A stretch of 64,000 bases of DNA, from positions 2,432,001 to 2,496,000 of the forward strand of contig CBDCDS010000003.1 in NCBI GenBank assembly GCA_965215365.1, in the 5' to 3' direction. Below, in pieces: positions 51,621 through 61,457 of this stretch. Numbering within the stretch: the stretch's first letter is position 1; each line of letters starts with the position of its first letter. This DNA comes from Gammaproteobacteria bacterium (lineage in GTDB: Bacteria; Pseudomonadota; Gammaproteobacteria; Eutrophobiales; Eutrophobiaceae). Both the position numbers and the translations under genes were made by a program. Below the pieces are notes generated by a model. That model was given only the letters and a program-made list of their open reading frames with translations. It was not told where the DNA came from and made no database searches.

Positions 51621-53210
51621 ATGAAACCGTTTGTTAAAGGCGACTGGGAGGGCTTTTTTGCCTTTGGGCTGGATGCGCTGCTGGCGTTTATCCTGATGAG
51701 CAAGCTGTGCCTGGATTTTCTGGGTTTCTCCGCGGAGCTTTTTTACTACCGCATCCTGCCCGCCTCGGCCATTGGCCTGATCATCGGCAACGGCTTTTAT
51801 GCCTGGCAGGCCCTGCAACTGGCAAAACGGGAAAACCGTAATGATGTGTGCGCCATTCCCTACGGTACCAGCACCATTACCATCATCATTTACGTGTTCC
51901 TGGTCATGTTTCCAACCCAGCAAAAGGCCTTAGCCCTGGGGATGAGCAAGGAGACGGCCGACATCATTGCCTGGCATACCGGGCTGCTGGCCTGTATGGT
52001 GTCCGGCAGCATAGAATTCCTGGGCTCATTTGTGGTGCACCATATCCGTAAAGTGACGCCGCGGGCGGTCATGCTGGTCGCGATTGCCGGCACCGGTCTG
52101 GCCTTCATCAGTATGGATTATGTCTTTCGCACGTTCGCCTACCCGTTGATCGGGTTTACCTCGCTGGCGCTGATGTTGGTTTTTTACTTAGGTGGAGCAA
52201 AGTCAAAAGGCGGCATCCCAGGCGGTTTTATCATTCTGTCGGTGGGCGCCCTGATGGCCTGGGCGCTGTACTGGTTCGGGCTGCCCAGCGTAGTGCCGTC
52301 CACGGAATTTACCCTGCTCCATCTGGGGCTGCACCTGCCCAGCCTGGAAGTCATGCGGGTATTTGCGTCGGTGGAATTTATCGTTGAATTTCTGCCGGTG
52401 GTGATCCCGTTCGGCTTCATATTCCTCATCGGCTCGTTACAGAACATAGAAGCAGCGGCGGCGGCCGGCGATTCCTACCAGCCCAGGCCACTGTTGCTGA
52501 TGAACGGCGCCGGCAGCCTGGGCGCGGCCTGTTTTGGCTCGCCGTTTCCGACCTCTATCTTTCTCGGCCATCCGGGCTACAAGAAGATCGGCGCCCGGGC
52601 CGGTTACTCCACTATCAACGCCATAGTCTGGACACTGGTCTGCATCACCGGCACCTTGAGTGTTTTTACCTGGCTGATACCCATCGAGGCCTTAATGCCC
52701 ATTTTGATCTGGATCGGCGTGGTAGTCTGCGCGCAGAACTTCCAGGTGGCTGAAAAACGCCATATCCCCGCGGTAGTGCTGGGACTGACCCCGGCTATCG
52801 CAGGCTACGTCAGTCTGGCGGTCAAGCACACTATGTCAGTGGCGGAAAGCATCACCGGCGCGCAGTTGTATAACCAGGGTTTTATCGACAGCTTTACCAC
52901 GCTGCGCAGTTTTTATGCCGAGGGCATGTTTGCCCTGGGTCAAGGGTTCATTTATACCTGCATGGTGCTCGCCGGCATTACTTATTTTGTGATAGAAAAA
53001 CGCTTTACCGTTGCCGCGAACTGGTGTGTCGTAGGGGCGCTGCTGTCACTGATCGGTTTCACCCACAGCTACCTGTTCACCGCCGGCGACGTGATCGGAC
53101 AACTGGCATTACCGTTACCAATCTGGACCAAATGGACTACCGGCTATCTGGCCATGGCGATGGTGTTATATCTGGCCCCCTACTTCACCCGCAATGATAC
53201 GCCTCTTTAA
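51621..53210 (+). CDS. Xanthine/uracil (NCS2-like) permease
   Basis: KGDWEGFFA, CAIPYG, GSLQNIEAAAAAGDSY, FGSPFPTSIFLGHPGYKKIGARAGYS; many TMs. Confidence 0.82.
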   Translation: MKPFVKGDWEGFFAFGLDALLAFILMSKLCLDFLGFSAELFYYRILPASAIGLIIGNGFYAWQALQLAKRENRNDVCAIPYGTSTITIIIYVFLVMFPTQQKALALGMSKETADIIAWHTGLLACMVSGSIEFLGSFVVHHIRKVTPRAVMLVAIAGTGLAFISMDYVFRTFAYPLIGFTSLALMLVFYLGGAKSKGGIPGGFIILSVGALMAWALYWFGLPSVVPSTEFTLLHLGLHLPSLEVMRVFASVEFIVEFLPVVIPFGFIFLIGSLQNIEAAAAAGDSYQPRPLLLMNGAGSLGAACFGSPFPTSIFLGHPGYKKIGARAGYSTINAIVWTLVCITGTLSVFTWLIPIEALMPILIWIGVVVCAQNFQVAEKRHIPAVVLGLTPAIAGYVSLAVKHTMSVAESITGAQLYNQGFIDSFTTLRSFYAEGMFALGQGFIYTCMVLAGITYFVIEKRFTVAANWCVVGALLSLIGFTHSYLFTAGDVIGQLALPLPIWTKWTTGYLAMAMVLYLAPYFTRNDTPL

Positions 53211-53910
53211 TCCTTCTCAGTCTTGGCTGCATGTACAGGCCGTTGTCTTTGAGAAATTTTGCGGTACTGGTTATGTCGCTCCTGACAGCCTTGGCCACGC
53301 GCCCCTCGTCTCCGGCTTTCAAGGAGGCAATAATTTCTTCGTGATGCTCGCCGTCCCAAAGGTGTCTGGGAGATGCCAACGAGTAATAGGTAAACGGTCC
53401 GCACTGCAACCACAAACTCTCAATCATGGGCAGCAGTATGGTGGATTTTGAGTGGCGGTAGATAGCGAAGTGAAATTTGTAGTTCTCGTGCAACAGGTCT
53501 TTTCTGTCCCTGCCCCGCTGAACCACCTTGTAGATCTTTCTGTTAATACTCTCAATGCTGGTGATCAGACCCTTGTTCGCATGCGCGCAGGCGCGGCGGG
53601 TCGCTTCCATCTCAAGGCGGATGCGCCAGTGTATGATCTCGTCAAATTTCTCTTCGGTCATAGACGGAATCATCACCCAACGATTGGGCAACACTTCAAA
53701 AGCGCCTTCGGCAATAAGGCGGTTTACCGCGCCACGCACGGGGGTCAGACTGGTACCTAGCTGCTGCGCCAGACTGCGCAGGCTGACTTTTTCACCGGGA
53801 GTAAAAGTCCCGACCATAATGCTTTGCCGCAGCTCCTGGTAAACCAGTTCATGCACCGCTCTGCGGTTATCGTTTTCCCGACCCGGGCCGGGTTCAGTGT
53901 TCGCTACCAT
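53185..53910 (-). CDS. GntR-family regulator (FCD domain)
   Basis: VYQELRQSIMVGTFTPGE, LAQQLGTSLTPVRGA, NYKFHFAIY, IESLWLQCGP, HHEEI. Confidence 0.92.
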   Translation of the reverse strand: MVANTEPGPGRENDNRRAVHELVYQELRQSIMVGTFTPGEKVSLRSLAQQLGTSLTPVRGAVNRLIAEGAFEVLPNRWVMIPSMTEEKFDEIIHWRIRLEMEATRRACAHANKGLITSIESINRKIYKVVQRGRDRKDLLHENYKFHFAIYRHSKSTILLPMIESLWLQCGPFTYYSLASPRHLWDGEHHEEIIASLKAGDEGRVAKAVRSDITSTAKFLKDNGLYMQPRLRRIKEAYHCG

Positions 53911-53939
53911 TCGTCTGCCCCCCCCTGCAGATATGCAGG

Positions 53940-54440
53940 CTAATACTCCCGATCCTCCGACACCAACAGGATTAAAATCAACAGGAATGAAGCCGCAAAA
54001 TAAAACGCCGGCTGTTGTGCATTCCAGGATTGTGATTGCCACATCAGGAACCATTCGCCGGCAATCGCGATGAAGCCGGTAAACCAGAGCAGAACGCCCA
54101 GGGTCAGCGCCAGCGCCGGCTTGGTTTTTTGCCTGTTAAACGTCGCCGCGTCGTGGCGCGCCTGCCAGAGTTCGAACGCACCCCAAAAGCCCAACACTGC
54201 AATGGCAAGTTCAACGGCAATAATCAGCCAGTAGGCCAAGTGGTGCAACCAGGGTGCGCGCAGGGCGCGCCAGGTGATATTGCTATCGGGAAACACCGTA
54301 TCCATCAGCAGCACATGGCGCACACCGGCGAAGTTGATCTGATAATCCAGCAGGTTATTTATGGCCACCAGTGCCGCAAACAACGCCGCCGACAACACTA
54401 GTAAAATTTTGCTGAGCCTTAATGCCGATATGTGTGTCAT
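53940..54440 (-). CDS. DUF2165 family membrane protein
   Basis: NNLLDYQINF..VRHVLLMDT, WRAL, IAGEWFLMWQSQSWNAQ. Confidence 0.85.
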   Translation of the reverse strand: MTHISALRLSKILLVLSAALFAALVAINNLLDYQINFAGVRHVLLMDTVFPDSNITWRALRAPWLHHLAYWLIIAVELAIAVLGFWGAFELWQARHDAATFNRQKTKPALALTLGVLLWFTGFIAIAGEWFLMWQSQSWNAQQPAFYFAASFLLILILLVSEDREY

Positions 54441-54451
54441 TGAATGAAAAG

Positions 54452-55231
54452 CTAATACTGGTAGATACCACCGTTTACGTGCAATGATTGACCGGTAATA
54501 TAGTCTGCGTCGGCGCTGCAGAAAAAACTGACGACGTTGGCGATGTCTTCCGGCAGGCCCAGTCGGCCCAAGGGAATATCTTCATTCCTTTGCTGCAGCC
54601 AGGAGCCTGCTTGCAGTCCGTCTCGCTGTTCTATCGCCCGCCCGGTCTGCTCCAGCATCGGAGTCAGCACATTGCCCGGACAGATGGTGTTGACACAGAT
54701 ATTGTGTTGTGCCAGTTCCGCCGCCAGTGAGCGGGTCAACCCTGCCACGCCTGACTTTGCGGCACAATAAGCGAGGTCCTCACCGTAAGCCACATGGCCC
54801 ATCATTGAGCCTAAATTGACGATCCGCCCCCAACCGGCCCGGATCAGGTGCGGCGCCACCGCTTGTGACATCAGCAAGGTGCCTTTCAACATCACGTCCA
54901 GGCTTAAATTCCAGGTCTCGGCAGCGGTGTCGAGCAATGGCGTACTTTTGTAGATGCCGGCATTGTTGACCAGTATCGCCGGCACCCCCAGTTCTGCCGT
55001 GATGGCGGCAACGCCCTCGGCGACGCCGGCGCGGTCGGTGACGTCGATGACGGCCGACGCGGCGCGGGCGCCGGTCTCCCGCAACGCCGCAGCGACACTT
55101 TCAGCCTGCTTGCCGTTCACGTCAATGACGGCAACCGCAGCGCCATCACGCGCAAGCCGCTGTGCAATGGCCGCGCCGATACCTTGGCCGGCGCCGGTGA
55201 CCAAAGCAGTCTTGTTTGTTAATCCCATCAT
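54452..55231 (-). CDS. SDR-family oxidoreductase
   Basis: TGAGQGIG, LVNNAG, YCAAK, VNTICPG. Confidence 0.9.
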   Translation of the reverse strand: MMGLTNKTALVTGAGQGIGAAIAQRLARDGAAVAVIDVNGKQAESVAAALRETGARAASAVIDVTDRAGVAEGVAAITAELGVPAILVNNAGIYKSTPLLDTAAETWNLSLDVMLKGTLLMSQAVAPHLIRAGWGRIVNLGSMMGHVAYGEDLAYCAAKSGVAGLTRSLAAELAQHNICVNTICPGNVLTPMLEQTGRAIEQRDGLQAGSWLQQRNEDIPLGRLGLPEDIANVVSFFCSADADYITGQSLHVNGGIYQY

Positions 55232-55286
55232 CAAGATACGCAAAAAACCAGCGCCGGGGCGCCGGTTTCAAGTCCACGGCAACTCG

Positions 55287-57689
55287 TTAGAAGCTGTAAG
55301 AAATACGGCCCATAATCTGTCGTGGCCGCACGAATTCTTCACTGGTCTGGGCAGTGGAGAAGTTGTTGGTCCAGCGTGAGTTGACGGCATCTTCATCGGT
55401 CAGGTTATAGACCAACAGACCTACGGTGATATTTTCATAGCTGGCAGGCGTCAGATAGACACTCAGGTTAAGCAGGTCATACGCTTTGGTAGTATCCAAC
55501 GAACGACTATTGTTGTCTGTTTCCGTGGTGGAAAACACGCGTGAAGCGAAGCTGTCCCGATGGATATACGACAACCTGGAATTGAACTCGCCCAACGCCG
55601 TGTTGACCGTGTAGTTCAAGGCTATGTTGGCAGTGAAGTCCGGGGCCTTGGGGAGAGGGTTGCCTCGGATGTTCTGGCCTAAAGCCGAGGTGCAATCTCT
55701 GAATTTTTGATTGTCCGCGGGTGCAAAGTTAACATTTTCTCCTCTCAAGAACCCGGGAACAGCGCAATCTCTCCATTTTGTTACATTATCCAAAGCATTT
55801 TGATCCGCAGTGATTTCGGTATCCAAGAGGGTGAATCCGGCATCCAGCGTAAAGTTTTCATTCAGCAGTGCCTGTAATTCCAGCTCCGCACCGAGCACTT
55901 CTGCTTCATTCAAATTACCGACACCGCCGGTAAACGTCTGATTACCACCAGAGGCAAGAAATTGCATCCCGCGGTAATCATAATAAAACGCAGCTACGCT
56001 TAAGTTCAGTCGATTGTCTATAAACTGCCCTTTGGCGCCGATCTCAAAAGCATCCACTTTTTCCGGCCCGGAAGCGTCTGTTATAAATTCATCATTAATA
56101 TCCCCGGTGAGATTGCCGGTGGCTGGCTTGAATCCACGAGTCCAGGAGAAATAAGCCATAAGGTCATCGGTCACATCATATTCCAGCCCGGCCTTGCCGG
56201 TGACCTCTTTACCTTTGCTGGGATCAAAAGAAGGGGTAGCTGGCGGCATAGCGGAGAAGCCGCCGTTGTATAATGTCAGGGTATCGTCTGTGTAACGCAC
56301 GCCACCGGTGAGACGCAAATTGTCCATCAGAGAGTAGGTGACCTGACCATAAAGAGACCAGGATTCCCGTTCTGAATACTGGTTGATGCAAAAATCGCGG
56401 TCGGCAATACGTTGCCCGGGGCCAAATCCACACTCTCCAGGCGACATATCCCCTCCTTTCCAGGTAGTCGCTCCCGGGTCATACATGCCATTACCGTTCA
56501 GATCGCGCACGGAGTCGTACCAAACCTCGTTTTCGGAGTACAGATAGAATCCGCCAACTACCCAGTCAACCCTGCCCTCGGTATTGGAGACAATGTTGAT
56601 TTCCTGCGTCCAGGTCTTGCTGTCACGCGTGGAGACGCTCTCTGCAGCTAACCCGGCAAACGGCAAATATCCATCCGCTTGATATGGCAGAGTGTCGTCG
56701 ATGCCATACGCTCCTTTATCCGCATCAAGATAGTTTGACTGATCGAATTCAAGATATCCGGTGATAGACTTCATTGTGACACTACCGGCATCATACTCTA
56801 GGGTCAAAGAGTACAGCTGACTCTCGGAGTCATAGTAACCGGGCACGTCCGAGGTGACATCCCGGCTGTCGCCGCTGGGGTCGTTTACGTGGCGTTGCGC
56901 GCGGTCACCCACGTCATTGATGGAGAATACCGTGGCACCGAAAATAGCGGAAAAATCATCGACAGGCTGCCATAGCAGCTTGCCCTGGAACTGGAAATTG
57001 TCCGCCTCATCAAGGTCGTAGCCGTCATTGACATTGCCGTTGATGTCCTCAGCTCCGCCGACAATCTCGGCGAAGCCGTTGTGGTTGAGATAGGTGACCG
57101 AGGCCCGGGCCGCCAGCGTCTCGCCCAGGGGCACGTTGATCGTAGCGCGCGGCTGCACCAGACTGTAGTTGCCAAAAGCAATATCAGCCTTGCCACTGAA
57201 CTCCCCCAGCTCCGGGATATTGTTCACCACGTTAATAGCGCCGCCGGTGGAGTTCTGCCCGAACAAGGTGCCTTGCGGGCCGCGCAAGACCTCAATACGG
57301 TTCACGTCGATAAACTCTAGGTTGGTGGCATTCGGGTCGGCGACAAACACCCCGTCAATATGGAATGCCACAGACGGATATGCATTAATGTTCTGGGTAG
57401 ACTCAAAACCGATGCCACGTATGGCCACCGCTCTGGAAAAACCCTCGTTCCTAGCAACCACCAGCCCCGGCGCCATGGCGCTCATGTCGGCCAGACTCCG
57501 AATGTTATCGTTATCGAGCGTCTCTGCCGTCAGTGCGGTAATGGAAATCGGCACATCCAACAGGGATTCTTCACGTTTCTGGGCGGTGACTACTATCTCT
57601 TCTATCCCGGCTTGAGCCAACAGCGCGCCGGGGGACATCAAAAAGGCCAGCAGGGCCAGGAACAATGGGGTTTTGGTTGAATATTGCAT
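55287..57689 (-). CDS. TonB-dependent receptor
   Basis: IEEIVVTAQKRE, RIEVLRGPQGTLFGQN, C-terminal PRQIMGRISYSF. Confidence 0.93.
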   Translation of the reverse strand: MQYSTKTPLFLALLAFLMSPGALLAQAGIEEIVVTAQKREESLLDVPISITALTAETLDNDNIRSLADMSAMAPGLVVARNEGFSRAVAIRGIGFESTQNINAYPSVAFHIDGVFVADPNATNLEFIDVNRIEVLRGPQGTLFGQNSTGGAINVVNNIPELGEFSGKADIAFGNYSLVQPRATINVPLGETLAARASVTYLNHNGFAEIVGGAEDINGNVNDGYDLDEADNFQFQGKLLWQPVDDFSAIFGATVFSINDVGDRAQRHVNDPSGDSRDVTSDVPGYYDSESQLYSLTLEYDAGSVTMKSITGYLEFDQSNYLDADKGAYGIDDTLPYQADGYLPFAGLAAESVSTRDSKTWTQEINIVSNTEGRVDWVVGGFYLYSENEVWYDSVRDLNGNGMYDPGATTWKGGDMSPGECGFGPGQRIADRDFCINQYSERESWSLYGQVTYSLMDNLRLTGGVRYTDDTLTLYNGGFSAMPPATPSFDPSKGKEVTGKAGLEYDVTDDLMAYFSWTRGFKPATGNLTGDINDEFITDASGPEKVDAFEIGAKGQFIDNRLNLSVAAFYYDYRGMQFLASGGNQTFTGGVGNLNEAEVLGAELELQALLNENFTLDAGFTLLDTEITADQNALDNVTKWRDCAVPGFLRGENVNFAPADNQKFRDCTSALGQNIRGNPLPKAPDFTANIALNYTVNTALGEFNSRLSYIHRDSFASRVFSTTETDNNSRSLDTTKAYDLLNLSVYLTPASYENITVGLLVYNLTDEDAVNSRWTNNFSTAQTSEEFVRPRQIMGRISYSF

Positions 57690-57749
57690 GGGGGGACCTC
57701 TTTCTCAGCACTGGTTAACGATTACACTGCCGCCTCGGATGAATTTTAA

Positions 57750-57776
57750 GGTCACCTCTATTACACGAGGCACCCT
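57750..57776. repeat. Minimal MITE-end palindrome
   Basis: GGTCACCTCTA-ttaca-CGAGGCACCC followed by TGAATCATAAACGC, parallel to the 47861 copy. Confidence 0.55.
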
Positions 57777-57811
57777 GAATCATAAACGCCGAGCAAACAG
57801 CCGTACCCGCC

Positions 57812-57840
57812 ATTGTGATCACATTTAGTGATTGTGTCAA
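57812..57840 (-). promoter_or_regulatory. Sigma70 promoter of the TonB receptor overlapped by operator copy 4
   Basis: Minus strand TTGACA (57835-57840)-17 nt-CACAAT (57812-57817); perfect TGTGATCACA at 57814-57823. Confidence 0.7.
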
Positions 57841-57913
57841 TAAAAAACATCAACCGGCAGTACAGTTGTGTCTAAAAAGCCACGAAAAGGCGTTATGGCA
57901 TGTCAGTCTCTTG

Positions 57914-58441
57914 CTAACCGACTTCCTCGTCGGAAAAACGCAGGCACAAAAATACGATGATCAACACCGTGGCGTAGTTCAGTGAGTCGCCCTGAAAAAA
58001 CAGCAGGTCTTCGTTTTTCCAAGACAGCAGCCAGTCGCCGCCGACGGTGAAAAAGATAAAGCAGTAAATAAACACACCAAACATACAGGCCAAGCAGGCA
58101 ATATGGCTGTATTGACGGAATTCGATAAAAGTACTGCGGCAGTGGCGCGCCATGCCTGCGACTGCATACGCGGCTATCAATCCCATACACAATTCCAGGC
58201 TGGTGACGAAACCGTAGGCCAGGTGTGCGAGAAATGTTATGTCGAGTGCCCGCCAACCCTGCGTAACGCCAGAGACATTATCGGTCATGGACAATAACGG
58301 CCACACCACCCGTTGCATGGTGTCATGCCAATGGGTGACATTGTTGATAAAGGCAAACAAGCCCAAGCAAGCGGGGATAAGCGCCAAACCTGTCTGCAGG
58401 AGCCGGTTGCAGTAAACGAGTCTGTTTTCAGCCATGGTCAA
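57914..58441 (-). CDS. DUF2165 family membrane protein (divergent paralog)
   Basis: INNVTHW, LLSM, WRAL, VGGDWLLSWK parallel the 53940 protein. Confidence 0.7.
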   Translation of the reverse strand: MTMAENRLVYCNRLLQTGLALIPACLGLFAFINNVTHWHDTMQRVVWPLLSMTDNVSGVTQGWRALDITFLAHLAYGFVTSLELCMGLIAAYAVAGMARHCRSTFIEFRQYSHIACLACMFGVFIYCFIFFTVGGDWLLSWKNEDLLFFQGDSLNYATVLIIVFLCLRFSDEEVG

Positions 58442-58447
58442 ACTCCA

Positions 58448-58873
58448 TTATATTGATTTTTTACGAGAAATAACTTCCAGGGTAATGCCGTCAGGGTCGC
58501 GAAAAAAAAAGTAGAAGTAAGAGGGGTTGTTATCAAAAATTTCTGACAGGTTAACGACCCCGTGCGCAGCTAGGTGTTGGTGGAAAGCCTGTGGATCTGC
58601 CACCTCGAAGGCGATATGTTTGGTCCCCACGACCTGGAAATCAGTGAGGTTGTCTTTACAAAAATCCGGTAACGGCCGGGCCTGCTCATGGCAGAATAAT
58701 TCCAGGTAGTTGTCACCCTTGTTAATGAATACGATCTCCAGGGAGAGTTCCGGCACCGACACGCGGCTGGACTCCTTAAAGCCCAATACCCGCTCATAAA
58801 ATGCCATGGCGCGCGGCAGATTACTCACCGACAGGGCACCGTGGTGTAGTTTGAATGCCGGTAGTTCGCTCAT
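58448..58873 (-). CDS. VOC/glyoxalase family protein
   Basis: HHGALSVSNL...FYERVLGF, YLELF, KHIAF, FFRDPDGITLE. Confidence 0.9.
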   Translation of the reverse strand: MSELPAFKLHHGALSVSNLPRAMAFYERVLGFKESSRVSVPELSLEIVFINKGDNYLELFCHEQARPLPDFCKDNLTDFQVVGTKHIAFEVADPQAFHQHLAAHGVVNLSEIFDNNPSYFYFFFRDPDGITLEVISRKKSI

Positions 58874-58880
58874 TAGGAGG

Positions 58881-60389
58881 TCAAACCAGCAGTTGGTACG
58901 GGTGTTCTACCCGTTCCTTGAAGAGCTGCAGAAAACGGGCGCCGGTGGCGCCGTCGATGACACGATGATCGCAGGACAAAGTGGCGGTGAGCAGGGTGGC
59001 GGTCAGGTCCCCGTCGGCGCTAAGGATGCGGCGTGGCTCGGCGGCGCCGACTGCGAGGATCGCAGCCTGCGGCGGATTGATGATCGCATCGAATGACTTG
59101 ATACCGAACATACCTAGGTTTGATACGGTGAAGGTGCCGCCTTCAAATTCTGCACGTGTCAACGACCTGGCCCTGGCGCGTTCACTCAACCCGGTTATTT
59201 CACGGGAAATCTCCAGCACACTTTTCTTGTTGGCCGCGCGCACAATCGGCGTCAACAACCCCTCGTCCAGGGCCACTGCGACGGCTACGTGGGCGTCGTG
59301 GTAACGGCGTATCACCTTGCCGTCAAACTGGACATTCATGGCCGGCGCTTTCACCAGCGTCATGGCGACCGCCTTGACCAGCAGATCGTTGATGGAAATT
59401 TTTCCGTGTGCTTCATCCCGATTCAGATCTGCGCGCAAGCTGAGCAGCGGGTCGATATTCACCTCCACCACCAGACGGAAATGCGGCGCAGTCTGTTTTG
59501 ATTCGGTCAGGCGCGCGGCAATGGCGCGCCGCATTGGTGTCAGCGGCTGCTCAGCAAAGGCGGCTTCGTAGTCCTCGGCAGATAACGCCTCGTCTGGCAT
59601 CGGCGGCGGCGCCGACGACCTGGCAGCGATGGCATTTTCCACATCGGATTTGGTCACGCGCCCGCGCGCACCGGTCGGCGTCACCCCGGCCAGGTCAAGG
59701 CCCGCTGCCGTTGCCAACCTGCGCGCCGATGGCGTGGTGCGGATGTGAGACTCGTCCGGCTTCTCTACCGGCGCAGCCGGAGGCGCGTCGGCAGCAGGCA
59801 ACTGCCCGCCGGCGGCCGTTAGCGCGCGTTCAACATCCTGTTTCGACACACGGCTGCGGCGGCCACTGCCGGCCACCTTGCTGAGGTTGATGCCAAGACG
59901 TGCGGCCAGTTTGCGGGCCAGATGGGTAGCCGGAATTTCAGTGTCATCGGCAGTGCCGCACAGGCTATCGGGAATGATGCCGGCCGCTGCAGACGCGCCT
60001 TGTTCCGCCTCAGTGGCTGCTTCCGAAGCAATCACATCCGCCGCCGGGGCAGCCCCCGGACTGGTGTCGGCAGCCTCCATCCCGCCATCCTGCGTCGGTA
60101 CAAAGCCGGCAATAAATTCTTCGATTTGCTGCCCGCCAACGGCCTCGTCGGCGAGCACGCACAACAAGGCGCCGACCGGCAAATCGACCTGCGGCGCGGC
60201 CAGTCCCCCCCGGATCACGCCGGCGCCGGGCGCTTCCAGCTCGGTGGTGAGCTTGCTGGTCTCGAGGTCGGCGATGATGTCGCCCGGTGCCACCCGGGTG
60301 CCGGTTGCCACGCGCCACTTCGCCACCATGCCCTCGGTCATGGACAAGCCCAGCTTGGGCATTACTATTGGTTGAATTATCTCAGCCAT
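58881..60389 (-). CDS. Dihydrolipoamide acyltransferase E2 (AcoC-like)
   Basis: MPKLGLSMTEG, lipoyl ETSK, two E3-binding repeats, GTFTVSNLG, DHRVIDG. Confidence 0.9.
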   Translation of the reverse strand: MAEIIQPIVMPKLGLSMTEGMVAKWRVATGTRVAPGDIIADLETSKLTTELEAPGAGVIRGGLAAPQVDLPVGALLCVLADEAVGGQQIEEFIAGFVPTQDGGMEAADTSPGAAPAADVIASEAATEAEQGASAAAGIIPDSLCGTADDTEIPATHLARKLAARLGINLSKVAGSGRRSRVSKQDVERALTAAGGQLPAADAPPAAPVEKPDESHIRTTPSARRLATAAGLDLAGVTPTGARGRVTKSDVENAIAARSSAPPPMPDEALSAEDYEAAFAEQPLTPMRRAIAARLTESKQTAPHFRLVVEVNIDPLLSLRADLNRDEAHGKISINDLLVKAVAMTLVKAPAMNVQFDGKVIRRYHDAHVAVAVALDEGLLTPIVRAANKKSVLEISREITGLSERARARSLTRAEFEGGTFTVSNLGMFGIKSFDAIINPPQAAILAVGAAEPRRILSADGDLTATLLTATLSCDHRVIDGATGARFLQLFKERVEHPYQLLV

Positions 60390-60392
60390 GGC

Positions 60393-61400
60393 TCAGACTC
60401 CCAGCGCTTCTTTGATGCCTTGCTTGATCCGTTCCACACTCGGAATATAGAGCTCCTCCAGCACCGGCGCAAACGGTATCGTAGTATGCGGCGGCGTAAC
60501 CAGTTTGACCGGCGCGCGCAACGCCGACTGCGCCTGCACCGCCGCCAGGGCGGCAATATCCGCAGCAAAGCCGCAGCGCGGGTAGCCTTCATCGACCACC
60601 ACAAGATGACCGGTCTCGTCGATGGATTCACAGATGGACTCTTCATCCAGCGGCGAGGTGCAGCGCAGGTCGATGACGGTACAGTGAATATTCTCTGCCT
60701 GCAATTCGTCCGCGGCCTGATTGCACAGGTTGACCATGCGCCCCAGCGAGCAGACGGTAATGTCCTCACCATCCCGGCTGTAATGGGCCTCGCCCAGCGG
60801 GATGGTGTAACTTTCATCCGGCGCCTCGCCCCGGTCATCGTACATGAATTTGTGTTCCATATACATCACCGGGTCATCGTCGCGGATCGCCTCGATCAAC
60901 AGGCCTTTGGCTTCATAGGGGTTGGAGGGCATGACCACCTTAAGGCCGGGAATGTGGGTAAACAGGCCGTGCAAGGTCTGGCTGTGTTGGGCTGCGGCAT
61001 TGAAACCGCCGCCGCACTGCGTGCGTATTACCAGCGGCACTTTGGCCTGCCCGCCCAGCATATAGCGCAGCTTGGCGGCCTGATTCATGATCTGATCGAA
61101 ACAGACGCCGGCAAAGTCACAGAACATCAGTTCGGCCACCGGGCGCAGGCCGGTTGCGGCGGCGCCGATGGCGGCACCGATATAGGCGGTTTCACTGATG
61201 GGCGTATCGATAACCCGCCGGGCGCCAAACTCGCCCAGTAAACCCTTGGTGACACCCATGACACCGCCCCAGGCATCCTCTTCACCCTCACCGCCGGTGC
61301 CGCCGGCAATGTCTTCCCCGATCAGGAACACGTTCGGGTCGCGGCGCATTTCCATGCGTAACGCCTCATTGATGGCCTGGCGGAAGGACTTTTCGCTCAT
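60393..61400 (-). CDS. ThDP-dependent dehydrogenase E1 beta (AcoB-like)
   Basis: DTPISE, RPVAELMF.DF, DQIMNQAAK, AAQHSQ. Confidence 0.92.
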   Translation of the reverse strand: MSEKSFRQAINEALRMEMRRDPNVFLIGEDIAGGTGGEGEEDAWGGVMGVTKGLLGEFGARRVIDTPISETAYIGAAIGAAATGLRPVAELMFCDFAGVCFDQIMNQAAKLRYMLGGQAKVPLVIRTQCGGGFNAAAQHSQTLHGLFTHIPGLKVVMPSNPYEAKGLLIEAIRDDDPVMYMEHKFMYDDRGEAPDESYTIPLGEAHYSRDGEDITVCSLGRMVNLCNQAADELQAENIHCTVIDLRCTSPLDEESICESIDETGHLVVVDEGYPRCGFAADIAALAAVQAQSALRAPVKLVTPPHTTIPFAPVLEELYIPSVERIKQGIKEALGV

Positions 61401-61457
61401 GGTTGTCGGCTCATGGTGTCTGGCTCAGGGTTGCTCACTGTTACGGTGCGTGCGCGC

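Noticed and set aside
59922-61241. Long plus-strand ORF (439 aa), and similar ones at 38802-39749, 44386-45288 and 46713-47543
   Set aside because: Antisense shadows of well-supported GC-rich genes with no recognisable motifs
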